A stretch of DNA of 64,000 nt, taken from Tubiluchus corallicola. Taxonomy: Eukaryota > Animalia > Priapulida. Position 1 is the first letter of the stretch; each line of letters starts with the position of its first letter. The DNA lies in assembly GCA_030141605.1 (NCBI GenBank), contig JAQGDQ010001042.1, positions 1 through 64,000 of the forward strand. Reading direction: 5' to 3'. Below are positions 53,736 to 64,000 of this stretch, in pieces. Below the pieces are notes generated by a model. It was not told the DNA's origin, searched no databases, and was given only the letters and a program-made list of their open reading frames with translations. The position numbers were made by a program, and so were the translations under genes.

Positions 53736-54119
53736 CCATTCATCCTTGAGGAGCAAAACGGCGGGGGGGGGGTCAGCGTAACTCTAGAAGCTGAGTAAAA
53801 AGAGAAGCTCTGTTTGGGAAATTTATAGCTCCATGATTATCTCCTCCAGCTAGTTAAAACAAAGAAACAATTACCGACGAGTATATGTCATCCGATATTG
53901 CTAGTAACGCCTGCATGCTTGTCAGAGAACAACAATTACACGTGACAGGAAAATTGACGTCACAGACAAAATGGCGCCCTCTAGTTACGCGACTCGCTTT
54001 GTCTCGGCAGAAACCAATAATGATGATGCGTAAACATTATGTAACCAGAATAAGCTAATGATTCTGAACAGAATCTTTGCAAATAAGCTGAAAGATGATT
54101 TTCGGAATACTGGAATTAA

Positions 54120-54461
54120 CAAACTGATTTTGGGAATGCTGGAATGGCAGTCCTGAATGGCCAAACTGATTTTGGGAATTCTGGAATTGCAGTCCTGAAT
54201 GGCCAAACTGATTTTGGGAATACTGGAATGGTAGCCCTGAATGGACAAACTGATTTTGGGAATACTGGAATGGCAGTTCTGAATGGACAAACTGATTTTG
54301 GGAATACTGGAATTGCAGTTCTGAATGGACAAACTGATTTTGGGAATACTGGAATGGTAGTCCTGAATGGCCAAACTGATTTTGGGAATACTGGAATGGT
54401 AGTCCTGAATGGCCAAACTGATTTTGGGAATACTGGAACTGCAGTCCTGAATGGACAAACT
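54120..54461. repeat. 42-bp tandem repeat x8
   Basis: caaactgattttgggaatactggaatggcagtcctgaatggc. Confidence 0.94.
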
Positions 54462-55419
54462 TTGACTGCTATGATGGCTCCAACACCATAAACTCAACAC
54501 AAGCAATTTAGTGACATGTGTGTAAAGCAACCCTTTCTGCGGCATCAGTTCATTAACTTCAGTTGCTTTACATGGAATTTACTTAATTATGCATTAGTCT
54601 GTGCATAGAGTGATTTACTAGCAGGATCTTGCTTGGCAACAAGAGAAAATGAACTAGGTAAAGTTCTAGCTAGTTGTTAAAATGGTTACTATTAGAATAG
54701 TTTGAGCTGCGAGGCGTTCTCAAGTGTACACACTATACACACTGTAGCCTGACCTTTTACACATTTGATCTTTGACCTTTTCACGATCAACATCAATCGG
54801 TGGAACTGTGAAAAGGCTTACTGCAACGCTATAGCTTAATGTCAAATGCAATTCGAGATGATTGTCTAAGACGCCAGGCAAGCGCGTTCTCAAGTGTACA
54901 CACTATACACACTGTAGTCTGACCTTTTACACATTTGACCTTTGACCTTTTCACGATCATCATCAATCAGTGGAACTGTGAAAAGGCTTACTGCAGCGCT
55001 ATGGCTTAATGTCAAATGCAATTTGAAATGATTGTCTAAGACGCCAGGCAAGCGCGTTCTCAACGTCATTTGCAGCAGCAGAATCAGAAAATACAAAACT
55101 GTTTTTCCACATTTCAAGAAAACGACCAAAATTATCGTGCAGAAGTGGCAGAACCGTAAAATGTCAAAACAAAACCTATTTAAAACACATTTTCATTAAT
55201 TCGTCAACGAATTTGTCGCCAAGAAAGCGGAAACTTTGCCAAAATTGTCGCCAATATTTTCTTAAAACCTCCCAGCTTCCTGCACGCCGGAGACATTACA
55301 CTTTATCTTGCTTGAAAAGATAAATTGGTTTGAGATGAAAACAATCAATTTCGCTGGCTTTAAACGACAATAAAGAATCGACATAGTGATCTGCCAGCAT
55401 AATGACAGATCTAAATTGC

Positions 55420-55771
55420 TTCTTCTTCTTCTTCTTCTTCTTCTTCTTCAATGAATCACTCGTCCAGGGACATGGTTCTGCTCACCTCTCTATGCCAGAT
55501 CATCATCATCATCATCATCATCCAATGAATCACACGTCCAGGGACATGGTTCTGCTCACCTCTCTATGCCAGATCATCACCATCACCATCATCATCATCA
55601 TCATCCAATGAATCACTCGTCCAGGGACATGGTTCTGCTCACCTCTCTATGCCAGATCATCATCATCATCACCATCGTCATCATCATTATCATCATCATC
55701 ATCATCATCATCAACATCATCCAATGAATCATACGTCCAGTGACATGGTTCTGCTCACCTCTCTATGCCAG

Positions 55772-55805
<34 letters not shown>

Positions 55806-56200
55806 CCATCACCATCACCATCACCATCACCATCACCATCACCATCACCACCACCACCACCACCACCACCACCATCATCATCATCATCCAATGAATCATA
55901 CGTCCAGGGACATGATTCTGCTCTCCTCTCTATGCCAGGACCCCTGCTCACCGCAATGCCCCAGGTGCATTTATTTCTGAGGATCAATGCTGAAGTGTTT
56001 AAATCTTTCTGTGCAAAATCTAAGTATGTCCTCCTGCAGGTTTTTTAGCTGGTTCTATGGCTTGTTGAAGAGCTATCTTCACAGGAATATCATCAGGTAG
56101 TCTAAGCATATGCCCAATCCATCTTAAACGCCGTCTTTTTATTTTTCTTGTCCAAGGTTCTTTTATTTCTTCATATAGATCTTTGTTTGAAATTTTCTAA
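55420..56200 (-). mobile_element. RTE-like LINE 3' end whose terminal 50 bp plus trinucleotide tail is reiterated five times
   Basis: Minus-strand KISNKDLYEEIKEPWTRKIKRRRLRWIGHMLRLPDD at about 56197-56090; repeated unit separated by (GAT)n tracts, final tail (GAA)n. Confidence 0.8.
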
Positions 56201-57358
56201 ATTGCTGCACTGCTAGTGAAATTTAGCAATAGAGGGAATCTTCGTGAAACAAAAGCGCAATTACCTAATCTACAGACAATAGAAGCTTGTTCAAACACAT
56301 CTTGGGAGGGCTAAAATGTGATTTCCTAAACTGGTAGCTAACCATTGCAAGCGCTATAAATTTGTGGCAGAAAGATGCGAATGATCACAACAGCAGCAAT
56401 AATGCTTTTCAAGGTTCCAACGATTGATGATGATCGTGAAAAGGTCAAAGGTTAAGTGTACCAGACAACGCACTTATGTACACTTGACAATGCCTCGCAA
56501 CCCATGTTCTTCTAAGAGTAACAGTTTTAGCAGCTAGCTAGAACCTTACATAGATGCTGCTAGGAAATCACTGTATGCACAGACTAGTGAATTACGTCCA
56601 CGTAAAACGACCGATGTTTCTGATCTGATGCGGCAGACAGCTTTGCTTTTACCCACATGTTAAGTGACGACTGTAGTTAAGACGCGTTGCTGTGGTATAC
56701 TTAACCTATGTCCACGTAAAACAACTGACGCGTCTGATCTGATGCGGCAGACGGCTTTGCTTTTACACACACGTTACGCGACGATTGTAGTTAAGACGCG
56801 TTGCTGTGGTATACTTAACGTATGACCTGCAGCAACTGCGCATGCGCAGAATGAAACTGTGGCAAGGCTTGTTATGCAATATGATTGCATTTCTGTCTTA
56901 TGATGTCATAATGCAAACTGAAATAATATTTCTCTGCGTATTTCAGCACATTCCTACTGCACTGTTTCTTCTGGAACACCCCGTACATTTTACTATGCAG
57001 GCGTTTTTAATTCTAATCAAATTTGTAACATGTTTTCCACATATTTATTGTTATAGTAGCTCGAGATACAGCATGAAAGACTCGGTCATTGTAAACATGT
57101 AGAGAAGCGAGGAATTTCTTTCAGTGAAATTTGAGTTAAAACAGATGGTACGGATACAATGCGATTTCTCAAAAGCCCCATTCTTCTGCGTGCATGAAAT
57201 GCAAGACCCAACTTTTACTTCTTATTAAACTCCAGTGGAAGAAGTATTATGCTATTTATACAATAAAGTTCTATGTTGCACAGTATTAGACAGCCAGAAA
57301 CCGGAAGTTGAGATTTTCGTATTTGAAGTACGGGCTACTACAACAAATACTATATCAC

Positions 57359-57492
57359 GCGGTCAGCTTGTGAAATAATGTACTGGGTCCGTAAAAATGT
57401 TCTCAACGAATTTACGCCATTTACAAAAATGGCACTACTGGTCTTCCAAAAACTCGGAATTCTGCGTATCCGAGGGAAAATTCTCATCCCTG
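57359..57492 (+). mobile_element. hAT-type MITE family A copy 9 (right end only)
   Basis: Ends aaaattctcatccctg. Confidence 0.85.
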
Positions 57493-57929
57493 AGGTGGGA
57501 GCTGAAACGTTAAGTTTAGTAACTCATACATCAAAATGCGGTAATCCCGGTAGACTGGTACACCTCCTATTCATGCTGAGCTTAGCTATTTAGGCTTGAG
57601 TAACAGTCTACATGGCTACCTAAACGAAACACAAAGGCACGTCTAGTGAAAGCGTCCCAGAAAAGTAAACAGTCAAACACATTAGCAGCCAAATGACGTT
57701 GCCACGAACGCTTCCATGGCGAATAATCAACAATTTCCGGGTTTCTAGCATTCTGAATGCACTTTCATGGCTCTGAATACACTTTCATGGCTCTTTCATG
57801 GCTCTGAATGTACTTCCATAGCCCCCCCCCCCCAATATACTCTCAACACAATGTTAACACGCCCATGATTTCATCCTCATTTCAATGTGTGTATAACAGT
57901 TTATACACATACAGAAGAGAAACCAGAGG

Positions 57930-58440
57930 AAGAGCAAACCATTCCAGAATAACAGATTTACCTTTATTCCAAATCCTATCGTTAATTCCAGAACAAGCAA
58001 TCTAAAACAAATTAGGACAAATACCCACTATGGAACGAACTCTGTAATCAAACAAGCAATTCTACTTTGGAATTCTCTACCATTATAGGTTAAACAAATC
58101 AAGTCCCTATCAGCATTTAAAACAAAATTAAAATCACTAATATTAACCAGATGTGAAATACCATCACACCAGTACGACAACATACACACTAATTAAGAAT
58201 TCATATATCCACGGCCATATTAATTAAATCATAATTTTTGTGCATAGTTGTAAATACGTCTGATTTTATTCGTCATTACTTTCCATTACTGCACAGTAGT
58301 TTAGATTGCACTGACGCATTTGCCTTTAGCAGTGTAAGTTTTTATTAACTAACACTGATTGATCATCTCTGTAAAGTTTTCATCAGTGATTATCAATGTA
58401 TTTTAATGGCAAATAAAGATTATTATCATATATATATACA
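57930..58440 (+). mobile_element. L2/CR1-group LINE 3' fragment
   Basis: Same family as the 46330-46880 and 7408-7740 copies. Confidence 0.8.
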
Positions 58441-58449
58441 GCTTTTACA

Positions 58450-58918
<469 letters not shown>

Positions 58919-59438
58919 CTTTTACACATACAATGAGCACTGTTAAAACTCGTCTACTTTTCAAAACCCGCAATAGTTAAAAACTGCTAATCGGCGTCAT
59001 GGGTTAAACACACTGCGGGTATTGTGTGTTACCCTAGGAGGGCAACAATACCCCCGGTGCATTGCACCTGGACTAGGCTGCTCTTTTTTCCTGCCGTCTC
59101 TTTTCTGAAGAGGTGTCAGGTTGTGTAAAGAAGCATCCGTCTTGCTTAACGGGGGCTGCAAACACGGCTCGATCAGGTAATCTCGTGTTTATACGTGAAT
59201 TTGAACGGTTGTTTGCAGGCAACGATTATATTTGTACGGGAAATCCGACTATGCCCGCGGCATTCAGTTCAGTGAAAATAAGAATCATCAAAAATCGATA
59301 AATCAATGCACACAGAAAAACAGGAAATATATTGTGGTAAGGAAAATGTTTGCTTATAATGTATATATATATATATACATATATACAAGTCGACACGTGT
59401 AAAAACTAGCAGGCCACATACATGCGTTATATAAAATG

Positions 59439-59667
59439 TTAAAAGACCGGACGATTGTTTAGACCCAATCCCATTTTAATTAGCTATCCAAAATATACAT
59501 TTTATTGCCTATAAAAGTTAGCAATTGCTTCTTGTATTTTAATAATTAGTTTAGAAAGTTAATTAACGACAACCGAACACAGCTATTGCTTACGTCACAA
59601 ACTAACCACAGTTTGTGCAATGGCAGGCGTCTTCCCTGCACGTCAAAAGCACATTTGCATAAGTGTT
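59439..59667 (+). mobile_element. Family D fragment
   Basis: Matches the left half of the 27295 copy. Confidence 0.75.
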
Positions 59668-59760
59668 TTATGTTCAATTTTAATTCTTCCTCTTAAACAA
59701 AGTGAATAATTTTGGGACTGGAACTCATTCGGGGTTTAGCTAGTCAACACATATCCTCAA

Positions 59761-60180
59761 GTCAAGAAAAACACAAAGACAACAACAACCTTCACAAAAA
59801 CGTAAAATTCAAGCCACGAAAGAGAAGAAACTTAGGAAAGCAGTTCAAAGCACTGCACAGTGTAGCAAGGAAGTAAACTCATCCAAGGAAGGGAAAAGAA
59901 TGTGTCAAGAAAAACACAAAGACAACAACAACCTTCACAAAAACGTAAAATTCAAGCCACGAAAGGGAAGAAAGTTAAGGAAAGCAGTTCAAAGCACTGC
60001 ACAGTGTAGCAAGGAAGTAAACTCGTCCAAGGAAGGGAAAAGAATGTGTCAAGAAAAACACAAAGACAGCAACAACCCTCACAAAAACGTAAAATTCAAG
60101 CCACGAAAGGGAAGAAACTCAGGAAAGCAGTTCAAAGCACTGCAAGGAAGCAAACTCGTCCGCGGAAGGGAAAAGAATGT
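59761..60180. repeat. About 144-bp tandem repeat x3
   Basis: gtcaagaaaaacacaaagac at 59761, 59904 and 60048. Confidence 0.9.
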
Positions 60181-60551
60181 GCTGCATAGCGCAGGAAGAA
60201 ACTTCCGACCACGAAGCCCTCAAGGTAACCTACATAAAACCAGTTCTGATGGTGTCCAACAGCTCTATCCGTTTCTCCGGAATTTGCACTTTTCGACACT
60301 TCGACGGAAACCAGCAAGCGGCGGCAGGCTTTCTTGACAAAGCTTTAATAATATGGGTTTCCGTGTCAGGGACCCAGTGCAATTAGGCACATTTAGTTAC
60401 GAAATCATGTAGTCACGCTATAATAGCTGCTGTAGTCTGTGAATATTGTAGCGGTGCAAGCAAGCTAAAAGCTCGCTTTAGTAGAGTTTCTAAACTTCTG
60501 GGAAGTTACGATTATTTCAATGTTCGTGAAAAATGTTAGAAGGCTTTAGTA

Positions 60552-60831
60552 CAGGGGTGTGCAAATTATCTGACTAGCCGGGCCACACTAAACTTTCCCG
60601 CAATTCCTGCGGGCCACACGCAGTTTGATCAAGGAGCCAAGTACAGAAAGGCCTAATAATGATTTTTTTGCATCCGACCTGCGTATATCATTACTACTAC
60701 ACTCAAGAAACTATTTTAGAAGTTATTAAAATTTATATTATAAACCATATATTTCTACTTTCAGGACAGATAGTGGTAATTTCATTACAATGCATATTAG
60801 TGTGGCGCGGGCCGCAATTTGCACACCCCTG
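60552..60831 (-). mobile_element. hAT MITE family B copy 4 (internally deleted, inverted)
   Basis: Perfect TSD CTTTAGTA. Confidence 0.9.
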
Positions 60832-61261
60832 CTTTAGTAATAAAACTGCAAATAAGTGCCCCGTGTTACTAGTAAAATCACTTTAAAGTCGCGATCACTT
60901 CATGTTTGGACGCTCCCATTTTCAATGCCCATTCTTCCTCCAATGACGTCATTTGTCTTGAAGAAAAGTAGTGCACTGTCAATCTTCGCTAGAAGTATAA
61001 TATATGTTTTTACAAAAAATTTAGATAGCCAATTCTGTAATATTTTTGCGTGAACATGAGGTAAGTTTGAAATAGTTTAAGAAGCGCGCGCTTACGGAAA
61101 ACCACGACGTGCTTACGGAAAGTCCCGAAGTCTCTCAGCCACATCAAGATTTTCAAGTGAATGGCGGCAACCGCCGCGCCTGAAAATTTCTATTCAGCGG
61201 TAGAGTATTTTAAATTTATGCTTTATAGGCAGTTCCTTGCAAATTTTTTATTCAATTTTTC

Positions 61262-61737
61262 AAAGTGATAACAGTAAAATAAACCCAGCACACGGAGTGA
61301 CTTGTTCTTTCGTTTAGCACACCACAAACAGTTTAAGTCATAACAGTAAAATAAACCCAACGTACTGAGTGACTTGTTCTTTCCTTTAGCACACCACAAA
61401 CAGTTTAAGTGTACACAGTAAAATAAACCCAACACACTGAGTGACTTGTTCTTTCCTTTAGCACACCACAAACAGTTTAAGTCATAACAGTAAAATAAAG
61501 CCAACATACCGAGTGACTTGTTCTTTCATTTAGCACACCACAAACAGTTTAAGTCATAACAGTAAAATAAAGCCAACATACCGAGTGACTTGTTCTTTCC
61601 TTTAGCACACCACAAACAGTTTAAGTCATAACAGTAAAATAAAACCAACACGCTGAGTGACTTGTTCTTTCCTTTAGCACACCACAAACAGTTTAAGTGA
61701 TAACAGTAAAATAAACCCAACATACTGAGTGACTTGC
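61262..61737. repeat. 72-bp tandem repeat, about 6.5 copies
   Basis: acagtaaaataaa recurs every 72 bp (61271, 61343 and onward). Confidence 0.93.
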
Positions 61738-62689
61738 TTTTTTCTTCAAAGACTTTCTTTTACAGATGTCTATTTTCTTACCACACATACTTTATATTCA
61801 AATCAAAAAATGAACAGATCCATGTATGCCAAGAAAAGTCGCCTAAATAACGAGCTTTTTCTTTTTGCTGCCATCCATTATATACAGAAGGCGTTTAAAA
61901 GGAAGGCTATCAAAGCGATTTCAAAAATTCGAAAAAATTCAGCAAAAATAATGACAATTTCTAAGTAAAGGGCTAATTAAAAATGTACCTAGAAAGAATT
62001 CTCTAGCTGCTTAGAAATGACTCCTTTATTTCCGCAATGAGATTTAATTTGGGCGAAACTTCAAATTTCCTCTAAAAAGTTTAAATTGGTAACAAATTAA
62101 AAGCGTATTATTTCCTGCACAAATTGACAATCTACAACAATAACTTACTGTTCGTGTCGTGACTGATTCATTTGATTACACATAATATTCGATACCAAGA
62201 AATTAAAGAGGCGTTTCCATACTTTTCAAAACCGCCCCCCCCCCAACACATCAAAACTTACACCGTATGTGACGAAGTTTAATGACTCGCTAGTATATCA
62301 TTACGTCATGCCACCATCATGGTCACATGACCTGCATTTTGATTTGTGATTGGGCCAAACTGGAGAAGACGATCGATACAAGCGCATTGTCTCCGCATTG
62401 TTGTTTAGAGCCGGGTCCAGGGATTTTGACCGAGACCGTACGTTTGTGAAATTGTTTTTGAATACATTTGTGAAATTTGATTAACTCTAGGTGTTAGCTA
62501 TTTAGTAATGCAACGTAAGTGGAATTCAGTCTAAAACTATCTAATTAGATAACATTATAGAATTGCTGTGCACATACTTTTTTGTCATGTGCCACGAAAG
62601 TTTTCTTACGTCTAAATTATCAAAACACCATTTAATAGATTTATTTCGCAATAATAATAATAATATTTCGTGATAATCAGTTTTTGTTA

Positions 62690-63225
62690 ATACAAAAATA
62701 TGATACAATTCATGAATTCTGTGCTAGAGACCCAAGAAGCTAGCTTATGGTAGGCCACTAGAATTAGTTACGAAAAAAAAATTACAATATATACAGATAC
62801 AATATTACAATATATACAAATATAAATACGGATGGGAAGTAATAAAAGTATTATTATACTAGAGGGAAAGTTTTTGAAAATGAAAAACAACAAATCATGA
62901 TTGAGTGATCAGTTATATGTTTCAAGTAAGTTTGATTGATAATTTTTTTTAAATATGGACAGCGAGTTGGCATTTTTAATAGCTGGAGCAATTGAATTCC
63001 ATATGTAAGGGCCATTGTATTTAATAGAAAATTTTCTAACATTAGTGTTGCACTGTATGTAGTGATAGTTAAGTCTATAACGTGTGCCGTAATTATGTAT
63101 CTCAGCATTCAAACAAAAATAATCAGTAAATAAGGGAGGCAATAATTTATGAGAGAATTTGTACATGAAAATGTCAGTTTGGAACTTATTAATGTCATAA
63201 ATGTTTAGAAAGTTTAGTCTTTTAA
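62690..63225 (-). mobile_element. L2/Crack-group LINE 3' fragment
   Basis: FMYKFSHKLLPPLF...HNYGTR...FSIKYNGPYIWNSI...SLSIFKK. Confidence 0.82.
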
Positions 63226-63551
63226 ATCATGGTGGTCCCCTTTCTCTCGCAGATGCACACGCCCTTGCAAGCACAAGGCTGTAACCAAAGTTCACTGTAG
63301 CGATGACTCATTTAGGACAACATTATGGTGGCCGTCTACTGTAGTCTGTAAGCTGTACGTGTAACAAGCTATAGCATTAAAGGTAAACAGTTTTTTTGCA
63401 CTTTTTTATCACGTGGCATTGAGATGCTTAAAAACGCAGCTACACTTTTTTTCTAGGTCCCACACCCCGCAAGGAAGGGTAGAATCCAATCTAAAGTCCA
63501 TATTTCCTATTCATAGTCACAGATATTAATCAAAAATAAGCACTGAGTTTG

Positions 63552-63722
63552 AATAATAATAATAATAATAGAGACTATTATTACCCCACTTTTACCCTAA
63601 ATACCACGCGCCGGACAGGGCAACAGCAGGTATCATTTTTAAAGTCTTTGGTATGACCCGGCTGCTGGTTCGAACTCGCGACCTCCCAGACGGAAAGCAG
63701 ACGCATTACCACTAGACTAGGT
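63552..63722 (-). mobile_element. tRNA-derived SINE (same family as 51945)
   Basis: Minus strand TAGTCTAGTGGTAA...GAGTTCGAACC...GGGTCATACCAAAGACTTTAAAAATG; (TTA)n tail. Confidence 0.78.
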
Positions 63723-63788
63723 TTGTGTTTGCCTACAGGAGTTGTACTCAGGTGATAGCTTATTCGGAAATGCAAACTTCCCAAACTG

Positions 63789-63842
63789 GAGAGAGAAAGA
63801 GAGGGAGAGAGGGAGAGAGAGAGAGAGAGAAAGAGAGGGAGA

Positions 63843-63900
<58 letters not shown>

Positions 63901-63935
63901 GAGAGGGACGGAGGGAGGGAGGGGGAAGAGAGAGA
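63789..63935. repeat. (GA)n microsatellite
   Basis: Direct reading. Confidence 0.9.
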
Positions 63936-64000
63936 ATAATAGTACATACATAGCATGAATTTAAAAAAAAAGAGAGGCCCTATTTTCAAACCTGCCTGGA

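Noticed and set aside
53985-54545. 14-aa repeat ORFs on both strands
   Set aside because: They arise from a 42-bp minisatellite; no splice or homology support seen.
55649-56048. Poly-His, poly-Pro/Ser and poly-Asp/Gly ORFs
   Set aside because: (CAT/CAC)n tails of the reiterated LINE 3' end.
59900-60337. 145-aa Lys-rich ORF
   Set aside because: Built from a 144-bp tandem repeat whose first unit is out of frame; no recognisable domain.

Overview
AT-rich, repeat-dense animal genomic DNA (spliceosomal GT-AG introns, SINE/LINE/MITE debris; probably an invertebrate bilaterian). It is not prokaryotic, so most ORF-track entries are spurious. Main gene: a PCTAIRE-family cyclin-dependent kinase (CDK16/17/18 orthologue, most like CDK17) on the minus strand. 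I traced 13 phase-consistent coding exons by hand, from 30355 down to the stop at 2438 (1274 nt); the true N-terminal exon(s) were not securely found. A convergent plus-strand gene ends at 485 and encodes a Gly/Tyr-rich, structural-type protein that the ORF track misses. Introns and the upstream 33 kb hold hAT-, Kolobok-, piggyBac-, Tc1- and pogo-type non-autonomous elements, a solo LTR, LINE 3' ends, tRNA- and 5S-derived SINE-like elements and many minisatellites. The most unusual observations are: two in-frame splice-site duplications at kinase exons (one at the DFG motif), a Tc1 relic with a 7x amplified AT-hook-like linker and an internal 2-kb satellite, nested inverted MITE pairs around the catalytic exons, a sense solo LTR 13 nt from a donor site, a 5S-headed element, and a strict orientation bias in one MITE family. 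All functional interpretations are hypotheses; no database searches were run.
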